Of a stretch of DNA of 64,000 nucleotides, positions 24,601 through 39,169 are shown in pieces. Every line of letters begins with the position of its first letter. Position 1 is the stretch's first letter. The stretch is from Takakia lepidozioides (lineage: Eukaryota > Plantae > Bryophyta): positions 72,602,001 through 72,666,000 of the forward strand of contig CM060733.1 in assembly GCA_030704615.1 (NCBI GenBank). Reading direction: 5' to 3'. The position numbers and the translations under genes are program-made. The notes under the pieces are model-generated. The model was given only the letters and a program-made list of their open reading frames with translations, was not told the origin of the DNA and ran no database searches.

Positions 24601-27559
24601 TATCCAGCCTGAAAGCCACCAATCAGACAGTGCGGTCAATGGATGATGCGCCCCTTGCAGGATCGCGAGTCCTCCGTTTCCCATGGAGATGCTCCGATTC
24701 GCCATACCCTCCCCCATAACATCATCTGACATCAGCCGCGCTATGCGAGGCAGCATGGCATCATGGAAGCCACGCGACCCATCATCCATCATAACGCGAT
24801 GCCAGCACAGAGGAATGACGACGTCGCTGGACAGTAGTATGGCGTCCCGTTTCACCTGTGTGAAAATCGTCCATTTTGCACTTCTCAAGTGCAAATCGCA
24901 CTTGAAGACCATCAAAATGTGAAAAACTAGAGTTTACACGTTGCACTTTGCACATTCTTCATTCTCTGCAATTTAAATCTATTTTCATCACCCTGTTGTA
25001 TTCCGGGGCGACTCCTTGCCAGTTGCCTGAAAGGTCTCTGGTGCCGTAATGTCAATCGCTGGTGCGTGTTTGCTGGTAACCTTTGCCAGTGGAAAGTCTC
25101 AACATTTACATGCTCTCTAGTGGCATACATGCACATGCCTTACATGAACTACATGATAAGATGATGTTGTATGTATATGTATGTGTGGACAATGTATATA
25201 GAGAGAGATGGTCCATGTTATGACAAGTCCATATCCTCTTACGGCATCATCCCGATCACTGATGATATGATGGTATTGGTGTAGCATCCGCTATCTCTGA
25301 TATATTTTAGTTCTTCTAAACTTGCTATTTATCAATTTACTTTTGAGAAATGGATGTTTTTAAAAAGGAGCAAAGTCTATGTAAATAATATCCATCTTGT
25401 CAAAAATAATTTAATTTTCCTCCTGAAAATATTGATATATGTAACAAAATAATGGATGGTATCATGCTTACTATTTATTGACAAACCCCCTATCTAGTAT
25501 TGTAGAAAGGTCCATGAGAAATGTCCTTTAACGACTGACTATTTTTCTAATAAATCAACAATATTTATGTTTACATTGTTTAGAGCTGCTGAAAACATTG
25601 CTTTGAGTGAATAAGGTAGGGTGCCCTGATATGGTGAGCTGGTCTGGTCATGGTGTGGGGTTGTCTTGATATGGAGCTCTATAGAACACGAGAACCATAG
25701 GGTTCTCTAAGTTCTCAAATAACCTGGACAGGTCAACTACTACTCCCCTCCAAAATAGGGCACGTAAGTGTTATAAATGGATGAAAACATTATCAATAAA
25801 AGGATTTTTGGATGACATTCTCAAGAACGCATTTTATCATCCAAAGAAATCATTACCGTCCATGCGATGTGTCGCCCGCCTGTTACGAACAAGGACATCT
25901 CAAATTCAAAATTGGTTCTAGAACCTTACAATAGGCACCGCCCAGAGGGTTTGCAAATTTTCCAAATTAGGATACGGAATAGGTCATAATAGAGTGAGAT
26001 GGCATCCAATCAGGATTGGTCCAAGGCCATCTTGCACTACGTTTCCTCCTTTATTCAAACCCTGCCAGTATGTTCTATAAACACATACTATTATTTTTGT
26101 GCTCTCTTTTTCATCCAAATATGTATTATTACTGACTTTCACTTGAATCATAGAACTCCTAACCATGGTACAAAAAAAACTCCTATGGGCTTTGGATTAC
26201 TTTAAAGTAGATATTTTTTAGAATCAAACTATAGCTTTTGTAGGTTTAATGTAGGACAGTCTACTGATTATCTTCAAAATTGATATTATATTTATAATAA
26301 AATAAAATAAAATCCAAAAAAAAAGTTCACAATTAATTACTTTTTTATATGTGGTTAAAGTTTTACTCTATAACTCATCTACAGGTTAAAGTAACAAAGG
26401 TTTAAAATGTAGCCATCCATAATAGGGTGCTCTACCTTACATGAAATAGATATAACACAGGGCAAAGGCAAAGGTAAGTTATTTTGCTTATATCTACGAA
26501 AAGCCCTATTTTTGCAACGTAATGTTATAGGTCCCAAAGTTAGGAATGGTGAAAGATTTTACTAGTTAGTTGATTATATGCTCCTAAATAGAGAATTTAA
26601 ATTATTGTAATGAATACATCTACTGTTTAATGTTTTTTCAAATTTATGATGATAAGATTTAAATGACATGTTGTTTGTTTGGCCATATCTTAGACATATT
26701 AAACCCGTTCAATGCAGTTTTTAAGGGGATAGCCACATGGTTTCAATGCTAACCACATGTGACCTACACCTAAGTTTTTCTATTTAAGTCTCCTACAAAA
26801 AATCTATGGATTTTTCTTAAGTAAACTGGTTTAAATAATATTTTCTTAAATTGAAGAGGGGAAAGAATAATCTCAGACCGTTGGATCTATTCCAATCCAA
26901 CAACTTGTAAATAGTATCTATAACGTTTACTAGAGTTATGTAGCATGTCATTGTTTTTTATCTCTTATATTATTCCCTAAAAATATGTACTATATAATTC
27001 ATTATTATTTTTTGGACATTTGCTATTAGTTTCGTGGGATATCATTTGGATGAATAATACCACATTCTGTTGTAGTGAATCCACTCATTAATCCTAAGGC
27101 AGGGAAGGCTCGCAAACATTCCATGCATTTGTTTATTTCACTTGTGTATTTTTTCACCCATGAAAAGAAACATTCATTATCTATTCACGATGTCATTCAT
27201 CCAGACGTACTTTTTTTTTTAAACTTAAATTCATTCTTTTGAAAAAAAACCTTTTAGCTCCTTACTTAATACAGTTTGATCTTTCATTTATTTCATTTCG
27301 CGCCGTCTCACCCTCAATACATGGTCATTCATGGTGATGCTTTAAACATCATGTTTGAGCCTGCTAAATCAATTTTGAATGAAGCAATGAGTGAATTATC
27401 CATACACCCAAATAAAACATTCAGAAAAATAATAAAAATCAAATGCAATTTTGCAATGCATGCAATGAGAACTGCACAGGCAAACCCTGGGCGTCGTAGC
27501 ACAGTTAGCTGCAATATCAGGGAGTCGCAATAACAGACCCCTTCCCAACAACCCTGCCA

Positions 27560-27998
27560 CGTCATACATGACCCTGCGACGCTGCAGGATCGTAATGGCG
27601 ATGCCCAACGGAACTACCAGCGACGGGATGGGGTCGCAAGCCCACGGCGGCCACGTGGCCCCCTGCTTTTTGGGTTTATATTCCAACCGCGACCGTGAGA
27701 CGTTGCCGGTACGTCGCCGTTCACGACACCGTTGGATGGAGGGGGCGACGACGGGGCGTCGCCCGATGGAGACCCCGCCCTTGGCTGTGGCGATTTCGGG
27801 ACGTTGCGGTTTGGGTGGCTAGATGTCTGCCCTTCACTGATCCCCGGACGTCGAGCGACGCCCCGACGTCGGCCGGACGACGTCCATGCGTCGGTTTTTG
27901 GACTTTTTCCCCCCCCCCCCCCCAAACCCCCATCGATGACATCGTGGCTTCGCAATAGCGTCGCCGCGATGTCGCTAACCCCCCGTTTTCCTGTAGTG
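27560..27998. mobile_element. CACTA element terminus with subterminal repeats
   Basis: Ends TTTTCCTGTAGTG (reverse complement CACTACAGGAAAA). Dense GCGACG/CGTCGC repeats in both orientations. Confidence 0.75.
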
Positions 27999-28050
27999 TC
28001 AGGTGGTCTACTAAGATGTTATGAGGTATTATGGTGTGCTTACCTGGTTT

Positions 28051-28685
28051 GAGAGGTCCAGAGTAATGAGATCAATCGAAATTCGTTCAATAGGCCAACG
28101 GATGGTTGCCCATCCAAATGATTTTTGTTCGTTTTGAGACTTGGGCAATATGTTCAATGTATCATCTGATAGGTCCCAGAGTAATATGAGATCAATCGAA
28201 ATTCGTTGAATGGGCCAATGAGGCGTTCACCTATCATCCAATATTGTTCATTACGAAAGAAATCATGTCATGCGTGCACGGCTATTGCACCCATTGAACG
28301 GATGTGGTTGAAGCCCACCTTTTGCCCGCAGGTGCTTGAATATGTGTGCGGCACATATACGGAGACACAATAGAAGAAAAAATCATTTGTCTTCCCATCG
28401 ACGCACTCACCCCTCAACCAATTTAGAATTTAATTGAATGTAAATGAATTTCAAGCAAATAATTAGCGTTTGATTGGGGGTTTTTGGTAGGTAACGATTT
28501 ATTTTAAGCTCAATTTTATTCTGTGGCTTCAACCCTCGCACTGCTACATCGTTGCAAAAATTTGGATCAAACAAAAATGGGAATATATATATATCTTCGT
28601 TCACTATTGCAGAACTTTCTATGAAGAGTGCATGAAGTAGAAGACAAATCAAGTTTGGAGTGCAAAAGACGGAACAAACTATGAT
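28051..28685 (-). repeat. Inverted dispersed copy of 39545-40170
   Basis: About 630 bp of clear reverse-complement similarity, including ~120-bp satellite units. Confidence 0.85.
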
Positions 28686-28689
28686 GTTG

Positions 28690-30984
28690 TGGCGTGATTT
28701 GCACTGCCAATACGGAGAGCCTATCGTGATCTCGTCATCAATGAGGGGCCCAATGAGGTGTGATCAATGGTGGCCAACATCTGCATACTTTCCGACGAAA
28801 ATTGACTTTCTTCCAGACTCTCACGACGTGGTGGAGGTTGATCTTTGGCAAGTGCTCGGGCTGCATGCAAATCGGCAACAATGTCGTCCACATCTGGCAA
28901 CAGAGCCCCCGAAGCACGATAAAAACGGTCTGTCCATAGTCACTTCCATTCCTCTACAACTGCCTTGATGGTACCCTTGGAAGTTTCCAATACCCTCTCG
29001 TGGGCCCGGTCCTTAATCATTGTGTCGTCTCGACGATAAGCCGCCTCGTACGCCTCATTCATTCGGCGTTGACATATTATAGCATCTTCCACTTCGGACA
29101 GCAACAATTGTCTCTCAATCGGTTCTCAGTTATACAATTCGGTCTGTTCCGGCACCCATGGAACTGGTGGGAGCCGGAAAAACCTCGCCCCTCCCAAATT
29201 GCAACAAAACTGCTCTCTCTCCCATCAATTGACAATGTCTCCCGCACGTACCGTTATCTCCCAGTCAGATGTGACCCAGAAATATTGGGGTGATCTAACG
29301 TATTCCGAGTTTGCGGCATGTATGTTATGTATTCCTCTGGGTGCATCCCACAACAAGTTTTTGCCCCAATGCACACAATTGATAAATGTAAATGGGTGCC
29401 CATCCAACGGGAGGTTGTGCTAATTGTATTCAAAACTTGTCGGCATAATATCCTCCAAGCCCATCAACTCATGGAAACGGCGATGGATTGGTGCACGACA
29501 TTCTGGGCAAGCGGCCATCCGCAAACATGTCACGATAAGACACGTGGGATGGAACATATGTCCACATGATCCAAGCACATGACATCCCTCTGGGCCGTAA
29601 GGATTCATGCACATCGAACAAATTGTGCCATCTGATATTCATGACGGCAAAACGCCTCGTGGTATCTCCTCCCTTTCGGCCGTGTTGATATGACTGCTCA
29701 TCCTTGTTGTGGTGTCTCATTCCTCCTCTATCTCCAATTCTCAGTTTATGCTTCAGTTCAATCTCGAAATTTTGTGCTCACATGGACCGAACATACACTC
29801 CACATCTGCCGAATTCGTAAACCCGATGAACATACTTGATGCATGGCGGAGATCGATATACCTTTGCATGTTGTCATAAATGCTATCCACGTTGTGGTTT
29901 AACATACATGCGACACGTTGCAAGGTTGACAGTGCCCGCTCTACCCGTGCTTCTCTGGAGGCCAGGTGGGTCGCCCATTGTACCCAATTCTGTCAATCGC
30001 CATTCAATGGCACCCATGCCCGAATCTCCAATGCTTTTGACGAGCGCCATGCAGTTGTCATGGCAATGTCCCCCTCCCTTGTAACGCGATTGACATCAGA
30101 TATCGGATTGAATGGCGACCCTCGAGCATTCCCCGGTTTCCAATACTGGCTCTATTCATTTTTTCCTTATCTCATCCACAATTTGTTATTCCTCGACCAT
30201 GGTTTCATCGGTCGTATAATCACAGACGTCCGTAATTCCGTGAATGATGCGGTCAATATTGTGATTGGGCATTGTAAACTCCGCGATCATGTCCACGACG
30301 TTCGTTCCAACCTCATTGTGGACAACAGTGCCGTCATTGTTTGGAGGCATGTCTTGAAATCTACCCTCCAACTCGGCTATGCGCAGTCTTTGTCATTCCA
30401 GAAGGTCCTCTAGGGTCCTGATTTGCTGGTCTTTTTCCGCCAGTTGTTCCTCTAACGTTCCAGCCGGATGTTGCACCGGTACCTCGGGCACGCCCAGTAT
30501 CATAGCCTGGGGTGTTCCAAACGTGTCCGGGATGTACTCCAAATCGTATTGCATCATTGCGTTGTCAATTCACTGGACACAACAGTATGACCTCCACGTA
30601 CAACATGGCTGCCAAGGTGTACGAGATTTGGCCCTTTAAGGGAGGTTGACCCCACAATGTGCAATGCACCTCATTCGCCCTATGCTGGAAATGGAAGTTC
30701 GTGCAAAACCTGGAGTCTGCGTAATTGTTTCTGGTTTGCACGTCATGCCTGTGTCTAGGCCACAATCGATTGATGTTGAACCATTTCACGAATTTTTTGC
30801 ATTTCACCATCGGCCACCTTAACTCTTCCGGAAAATCCTCCCAGCCTTCTTCTGCTAGTATGCTAGGGTAATCATATACTTCCCAATTCAAGTCTTGCCT
30901 TGGCCCTTTGATTTTCTTAGGCGGTGGTCCATGTTCATCGGGGTCATCTCTTCCATGACGCTCATTGTCGTGGCCCTCTGCCAT
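28690..30984 (-). pseudogene. Decayed intronless gene with coiled coil and RING-H2 finger, probably transposon-borne
   Basis: CSMCMNPYGPEGCHVLGSCGHMFHPTCLIVTCLRMAACPECRAPI (C3H2C3, ~29625-29490). Coiled coil LEEQLAEKDQQIRTLEDLLE; NLS-like PPPKKIK. Several stops and frameshifts. Confidence 0.75.
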
Positions 30985-31524
30985 TTTGCAACAATCGGAG
31001 CAACACTAAAAGAGGTTTACTAAAAAGTAACAGACAATTAAATTCTACTCAAGCAAACGTGGAAATGGCTAAGAACTAAACGACAGGTAACCACATGGCG
31101 ATGTGGAAAAAGACAATACTATTGACCCTAAACCCTTAACCTGAAACGGGTTTGGTCTTTCCTTTGTCACAGGGGAGGTGTGTTGTGCTAATCACAACGT
31201 ACATCTTGAAACTGATAAATCTCAGCCTGTTGCCAGAATAGTTCTTAAAAGCTAATTTAGTAGAATGAAATGATCTTGGAAGCCAGAGGAGGGCCTATAG
31301 GAGCATTCTGCAACGACTTCACAGAAATCACAGCAAAAAATATCCCTCACCCAGCCAATGGCCTCCTTCTCTACGTGACTACGTGTCGTGGAATAATTAC
31401 ATGTCACACATACAGAAGTTGTGTGAAGAGGAAGTGAGAGGAGAATGAGCCTCCATTGGCTTATATGCCCCGCCGCCGCCCCCCCCTCTTCATTCCTCGG
31501 GCCACGCGCAGGGCACACCTTCTA

Positions 31525-32005
31525 GAAGCGACCGCCACCTTGGCGGTCGCTCCATTTTTTAAAATAATAATTAAAAGCGACCGCCATTACTTGCGGTCGC
31601 TCCATTTTACAAAAAAAAAATTAAAAAAAAACGACTGCCAGTAATGGCGGTCACTCCATTTCTAAGGGGGAAAACATTATAAAAATATTAAATAAAAATA
31701 AAACGACCGCCAGTAATGGCGTTCGCTGCATTTACAAAAAATAATGCTCCATTTTGCGATTAAAAAAAAAACAAATCGACCGCCAGTACGGTAATGGCGG
31801 TCGCTCCATTTCCAAAAACAAAACAAAAAAACGACCACCAGTAATGGCGGTCGCTCCATTTTTCCAAAAAAAAAAATTAAGCAACCGTCAGTTACCGCGG
31901 TCGCTGCATTTACCAAAAAAATAAACTAAAGTGATCGTTATGGGGATCGCTCCATTCCAAAACATTAAAAAAATAATCAAAAAAATAATGGCGGTCGTTG
32001 CATTA
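31525..32005. repeat. AGCGACCGCCA/TGGCGGTCGCT inverted-motif array 1
   Basis: Many copies, mostly as facing pairs separated by A/T tracts. Confidence 0.9.
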
Positions 32006-32465
32006 AAATAAAAAATAATGCAGATTTGGAACATTGGCACAATGTTTTTCATTACACCAGCAAATTACCAAACACAAACTAACAATGACGATGCCTTGGC
32101 CAACATTTTGGGTGTTATAAACATGAGCAACATTTTTTATTTCCCAAGACATACACAACACAATACACTACTCCATTGACAAGGAACACACAAGTATTAC
32201 TTCACTACTAATGTAAACATGTCCACAAAAATGTGCTGCTGCATGCCTAAAGTTGTTTGCTTTCAAAATCCTTCTACTGCTTCGACGACGAGACGAAGAA
32301 GATCATAATCTTGATGCTCCGATGGGCAAAAACAAAACTTTTTTTTTGGTCCTCCCCCCCCCCCCCACGAGGAGAATTGAGTGCGTCAACGCACTCAATT
32401 TCTTCATGATCATGATTTCAGGACGATCATGACGATAGGTGCGACCCCGGGTAACCGGCGGGTGG

Positions 32466-32502
<37 letters not shown>

Positions 32503-34379
32503 TTCTCTTCTCTCCCCCCCCCCCCTCCCCCCGGAGAACTGAGTGCATCACACACTCAATTTTTTCTTGATCATGATTTCAGGATGATCATTGACGACAT
32601 CGACGACATCGACGACAGTGTTGTGCAGGTCCGGATTTTCACCCCGGGTACCCGGCTGATGAGGGTCAGCATTTTTTTTATTGGCGATTATTTGCCATTT
32701 GGCCGCCTGAAAATCCCCTCGGCGAATGAAACAAAGGGAAAAAGTGGTCCAAATAAGGCAATTTTCGCCAAAAACTGGGGGTCTCAAAAAGGTCCTCGTC
32801 TGTGGACCCACGTGGGCAGCACAGATATAGCCATGGCGGGCCCCATGTAGGATGATTTGACGGGCCAGATGAGGAGTGGGTTTAGGATTGTGGGGCCTCC
32901 TCCGTTTCTCAAGGAGATTCTCGTCGCCAGTCTTGCGAGAACTATATGGCTTTCAATTATTTTTGTACTTCACCTTCTATTGCTCATCAACATCCATTTG
33001 ATTCGCAAAATATGACAAGGGTGGAAATACATATAGCCTACCAATTCGAGGAAAATTACCTAGAGTGGGCCACTACCTTACACCCAATATATATAGTCAC
33101 TCCTACCCGTTTTCAAAATCCTTAAAAAAACCCTGGTTAGGATCCGGGTTACCTATCCGCATCCGGACCCGTGCCATCACCAAAAACTCGGACCCTGATC
33201 CGGGTTCATTTTAAAACCGGACCCGGATCCGCCAGCTAGGTCCAGAACCCGTTAAACCTGCTACTCGCGGGCCAGAGTTGGTATAGCCATCTCCTCTAGT
33301 TCACTAGTTGACTTTCTAGAGAGTTCTACTTTCTAGATAGTTCTACTATTGTCGGTGGGTTGAAAAGCAACTCACTAATGGGTGTGGCTGCTGCAAGAGT
33401 ATACTTATAGGAACAGTGACCATATAAGGTTTGGGCTTGGTGAGAGTGGGGCCAGGTGGGATCACGACTTGGGGCTCGTCTTCAAGGTGGAGCGCTTGGG
33501 GCTGGTGGAGGGTGGGACCAGCTGCGTGAAGTGTTTGGGGTGGGAGTGCTTGGGGTTGACGAAGTAGGGCTGGGGGGAATTGGGTCGATCATCGTGCTTC
33601 TAAAGGGAGTCAATATGTCGTGTTTGCCGTGTTTGGAAGTTTTGCCGTTTTCACCCTTTCTTCCAAAATATATGCTTCCACGGTAATAGCCCCCTCTAAA
33701 CCTGTCCTCTCGGTTATAGGACTTGTTTCTCCCTCCTCTAGACCCTAGGCTCACGCTTAGAGGGCAAAGCGTGAGCCGAGCTCCTAGGCTCACGCGGCTA
33801 GGCTCACGCCGTAGCTATGCTCTTCCGGTCTTGAATACCATCCACGATATCTGGCCTGTTTGTGGGCCGATCGCCTACAAAAGGCTGGACTGTTCTTTGT
33901 CGTTTATGGAATTGGGACGCATTCGAAGGTGGTCTCAAAGAAGGAATCGGAGGGGGGTGTGCCCGAGATGGGCCGACATTAAATGGTCCGACATGTGAGA
34001 AACCACGGGTCTGCTGCGCAATACGTAAGTTAAGGTGGAATTGTAATGACAGGTTGTCATCATCCCAGGCTTCAACTTCCGTCCGGTCCAATGCAGCAGA
34101 ATGATGCATGCGTGTGGAAAACAGATCAACTCTATTGCTTCTTCATGTCCGCTGTGTTGATGGGGAGCTGGATCGGTTTTCGGATTGTGGTGGAGCTGGT
34201 CATAAAGGTGAGGCATGTTCCCGTCCCGTCGACTGTACAATGGATTCGACCCCATCGTTTGTATGAACAAGGTTGCGTACGTTGTTCGATTCTGGTAGTT
34301 CATCACCTATGAGCTCCATTGGGGCACTGCCGGTGGCTTCAGCGTGTAGTGGGGGGCAAGAGTCGACCCCAACTTCATT

Positions 34380-36730
34380 TTAAAGACCATATTCTGGGGA
34401 GGACACAATTACAGCATGACACTCATCTGCGATACGTACTTCGTCAAGAATGTCATCAAAGGTCGGCTGGATATAGGCATCATCCTCTGTGAACGTAAAC
34501 GGGTCATACGCATTGTCGGGAGCATCATCGCACCCATCTCCACTATCAGAGGCAGATGACTCCCCTCTGAGATGATTCTCTCTGAGACTCAGTATCGTCA
34601 CTCATCGAATCTCCCTTAGAAGCAGAGTCTTCAGAATGCGAATTCCTCTCATATCATGCTGCAGCATCATCCGCTGTCATCTCACGTAGCAATCGGCAAT
34701 TGGTACATACATACACCAATTTGTCAGCCCTCGCGGGATTCAACCTGTTGCGAATTTTGTTGTGAACAAATGAGTAACTGCTCCAATTTCGTTTGCAAGA
34801 TGAGGCAGAGCACACTTGGGCAAGAATAAGCTTCGCAATGGGAGCTAATGTTCTTGCTCCAGCACCAATCAAATCCCACCATTCACGTGGCAACATGTTG
34901 AGCTCTTTCGGATCCGGCATGTCCTCGAAAGGGTCGCGGCGATCTGAGAAGCATTGGTACTCGGATATAGCTTTCTCTCCCATGTTGCCAGGAGCCAGTC
35001 GCATGAGGACTCGTACGAGGCCGACCTTGGCATCAGCGTCGTCTCGGAGCATGGTACTGTCGAGCAAGAATGGATTGAGCAAAGCCCCCGCATAATGCAA
35101 GTCCGTTCGAACCATCGACCAGCGGTCGTAAAATGCATCCTCAGCACTGTACGCAAGTTCAGGTTCCAAGGAGAAGGGAAGATGCCTCAGGGATTGGACA
35201 TGCTTCTCAAGATTTTGCATTAGTAACCATGCCTTGCCCATTACTGGTTGTTTTCCATCGACCTCCCGCAAGACGATTAGCACCGGCTCTACCATATAAA
35301 CAAAGTTCTCACATTTCTTCCAGAAATCATCGCTGCGAATGGTGTTCCGAACCTTTCGACTTTTGCCCAATGACTTGGTTTTTCTCAAGTCCCGCAATGT
35401 CCGTATATACGCCTCCCATTGAGGATTGATGATGGTGTGCTCAAGACAGCTCTTCACCATCACCAACCGATCCACCATCAAGAAGTTAGTGGCAAAACGG
35501 GTTTCGCCTGGATTCCGGAGGCTGTATTTGGGTTCGTGCCTCCTATATATTGTCAAAAAGATGTGGTGTGTGCGGATAAACAACACAACGGTCTTCGCTC
35601 GCTTGACAAGTTGTTTCACCCACTGTTCTTTTCCCCAATCTTCCAAAATGAGGTCAAGGATATGAGCAGCACAGCCTTGATAGTACATATGGGGATACCG
35701 TGCCAATAACATGTCTGCAGTGTTTCTCATGTTAGCGGCATTGTCTGTGCATATTTGCACGATTCTATTATTTCCAACCTGTTTGATGAAGTCCATCAAT
35801 AGCTGGCATTGATAACGTCCATCTTTTTTCTCACCGCTAGTATCCACCAATCCCAAGAACTGTTCCCCAGCTGGACATACGAGCATGACATTGAACAATG
35901 GTCTGTTTGTAACAAAAAAAATAAAAAATAGGTGGACGCGTTGTCAAAGCAAGCGTAACTTATGGTGTCACTTGACCCAGAAGGGCTACTGCCTTCCGGT
36001 AGGAAAGTGGACACTTTTTGTAACAACCAACAGGGTGGTTTGAACCCACAACCACTCGTAAGAGGGTATATACCCTTACCACTGGGCTACATGTTGGTTG
36101 TTCTTTGTAACAGAACTCCAACCATCGGCACATATAGTGCTTTCATATTTTCTGATGCACTCGCCCGTCCTATCGTTGACCTTTTGGGTAAGCTCTGTCA
36201 TGGCGTCTTCTAGTAATCCTGTGCGGAGATTGTGATAAGAAGGAGGCACTTACGTGGATCTGGACTCCGCGATTGCTCTAACGGCAGAAACAAATGTCGA
36301 AAGCCTTGCCACATTAAACGGTATGTTGGCCTCGAAGAAAAACTGCGCCCATTTTTTATCCAACTGTCTTTTCGCAGACAAATTAATGTCTTCATGCATG
36401 GATTGCTGTCGTAATCCTCTACTCCGTTGAGGTGTAGGGGTACAAAGAGGTGTTGAAGCAGATATTGCTCCGGCACAACCCACTTGTCCAAAGACACATG
36501 AAGCCTCACAAGAGTGTGGGCAAAATGGGTTTTTACCCGCATAGATGTTTTAGGGCATAAACCCACCCCGACGCTCTTCACACCTCTATAGCCGAGGTGA
36601 GCGGAGCAGCCGATCCTTACGATAAAAAACTTCAGTCCACATAGGTTGCACTCAACAATGCCAGTGGCACTGACAGTGTTCAGGATTACCGTATACCAAG
36701 GGCTCAATTCCTCCCTCATCTTCACCCAAT
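34380..36730 (-). pseudogene. hAT transposase (BED finger - DUF659 - hAT dimerisation domain), interrupted by a SINE
   Basis: BED-like CNLCG..HLGY..LCPK; FFFEANIPFN; DGWSSVTNRPLFNVML (after removing the SINE); QICTDNAAN; CAAHILDLILED; ETRFAT; WW..SASSCKRNWS..HNKIRNRL. The expected catalytic E reads K. Confidence 0.92.
35915..36103 (-). mobile_element. tRNA-derived SINE inserted in the hAT transposase
   Basis: A and B boxes, T-rich tail, perfect 9-bp TSD TTTGTAACA (35906-35914 and 36104-36112). Confidence 0.9.
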
Positions 36731-37154
36731 ATCCACTCCCATGGGCCCTAGTGATGTAAGCAACAAAAAATGAACCTATGAATGTAGAGTGCAATACCTA
36801 CGAATGTAGAGTATAATGCGATAGCCCAACACTTCTATACCTGTCACCAACCCAAGTGGGTCGATGCACATTGTAGTGTTGAGCTTATACATAATCTGCT
36901 GAAGTGGCTTTGGTGGAAGCTACAATGGCAAAATGTGCACACCCTCCTCTTGGACTACACTCTCGTTCAATGGAATAGAACATCCAAAACAACCTCAAGT
37001 GTTTGCGCCAAAAGAAGTGAGGAGCTTGGTGACCCTACTCCTTTATATATGCTCCAGGAAGGATGAAAGTGAAATGAAAGTGAAATGACAAAATGACCAA
37101 CCAATAGCGCCAACCCGAAAAGGCGGTACAACCATATTTGTTATAATTTTAAAA

Positions 37155-37820
37155 TTAAGCGACCGCAGCTAATACTGCGGTCGCTATTTTTACTTTTTAC
37201 GAAACACAAGCGACCGCCACTATTGCGGTCGCTTTTACTTCCTTTCATTTTGTGAAATATTACGGTCACTTATATTTTGTATATTTAAGCGACCGCCTGT
37301 ATGGCGGTCGCTATTGTTTTTTATTTCGTATTGCGGTCGCTTGATTTGTTTATATATTTAAAATAAATCGACCGCCGATATGGTGGTCTCTTTTCTTCTT
37401 AATATTAAAAAAAAAAACGCAACCGCCAATACGGCGGTCGTTTTTAATCTTTATATTTTGAAGTTTAAGCGACCGCCAGTGTGGCGGTCGCTTTTATTTT
37501 ATATATTTTAAAATCTATGCGACCGCTTGTTTGGCGGTCGCACATATTTTTTATTTTTAAAAAGGCGACCGCCGGTGTGGCGGTTTTATTTTCATATGTC
37601 GCTTGTATTTTTTAAATTTTTAAGATAAAGCGACCGTCATATGGCGGTTGCTTGTTTTTTATGTATTTTTATAATTAAGCGACCGCCATATGGCGGTTGC
37701 TTGTTTTTTATATATTTACAAAATTAAGCGACCGCCAATAAAGCGACCGCCATATTGGCGATCGCTCTTACTTTTTTAATTTTGAAAAATAAAGCGACCG
37801 CCAGAATTGGCGGTCGCTTT
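37155..37820. repeat. AGCGACCGCCA/TGGCGGTCGCT inverted-motif array 2 (upstream of the hAT transposase)
   Basis: More than 20 motif copies in facing pairs with AT spacers; subterminal-repeat-like. Confidence 0.9.
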
Positions 37821-39169
37821 CATTTTATTAATTTTCAAAATGTATTTGCCACCGCCACCGTGTCGACAACGTGGCTGCTTAAGTGATAGTATTTTACCTA
37901 GTACTATTTTTACCAGAATATTCTCGAAACCAGACGTGAGGGAGGTCATGTCAGCGTCAAGTTTGACGTGACCTGATGCTGACTGACAGACGTGACGCTA
38001 ATAACCGGGTCCGCAGCATTGCCCATGCCCGGTTCTCCAGCTGGGACATACAATGCAGGCTAGAGTTATGGAGAAGAATGATTTTGTAATAGGAAATGAA
38101 TAAACTAAGAGGCCAAATGCTTGGAAAGTCCTGGCTCTAGTATGTGGCTTTATGCAGCCATATATCAAAACACGTGGTCGCTGAAGGGCTTTGTATGTCC
38201 TGTATTCTTGTCCTTCTCACCTTTATGGAACATGTGGATGTCCCTCACTGTTGGATCGGAATTCCAAATCTCAAGCCATCTGATTTTCTGCTCTGGCTCC
38301 ACAACCACAGTTGACAAACGATGCAGTTTCTCCCGTGTCATTTCGGGCTTGCTATGTTTTCCCAGTGGAACTTCATTTAGTTTATGAACTCTGGCCCGAA
38401 AGCGGGGTCGGCTTTTCGGAGCTGAATTTGAGTGCGTCAGTGCACTCAGATTCTTGACTCACAATTATTGCTTTGCATTGAGGAGTAGGTAAGCAACACC
38501 TTCTTCTTTTTACTTCCTCTCACCTTATCCCTTGTGCTAAAAAATTGAGTGTGTCGACGTACTCAGTTTCCTGACTCATTTTCTCTGTAGCTTCTTACCT
38601 CCTCTGTGTCCCACATGTTTCTATTCTTTCAGTTCGTCAGAACTAAGCGGAAGGTAAGAAACATAAAAGCTTCTCCTGGAACTGAGTGCGTCGACGCACT
38701 CAGATTTTGGAGTCTTCTTCTTGCCTTCACGTCCCGCTCAGTGAGCCTTCGGATAGACCTTTCCACAGACCTTCAGATAGACCTTGATATAGGACATGTA
38801 CACTGATAAAGTATCAAGGGAGACCATGGTGCATAATAGTAGACCTAATTCTGCCCAACATTCGCATCGTCTTGTGACTTCAAAACGCAGACCAAGTCCA
38901 TGAGCAGACCCAACCCATCTTAGCACTTTGAATATGCTATTATTCTCCTCTCGACAGACCTGTCTGTCGACAGACCTGACAACAGACGTACATAGAGCAT
39001 GTACACTCGTATAGTATCAAGGTGGACTATAGAGCTTGTGAGACGTTCTTCTATAGAGGTACTTCTGCAGGCCATCGGACAGTAAGAACCTTGAATCAGT
39101 TACAGTATACATATATCTGCAATAATCGACATTCAAACGCATGAAAGCCAATAGACACTTAAATTTCAT

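Noticed and set aside
32616-38021. CAGTGTTGTG.. and ..CGCAGCATTG as TIRs of the hAT element
   Set aside because: Only partial similarity and no 8-bp TSD, so the boundaries are left undefined.
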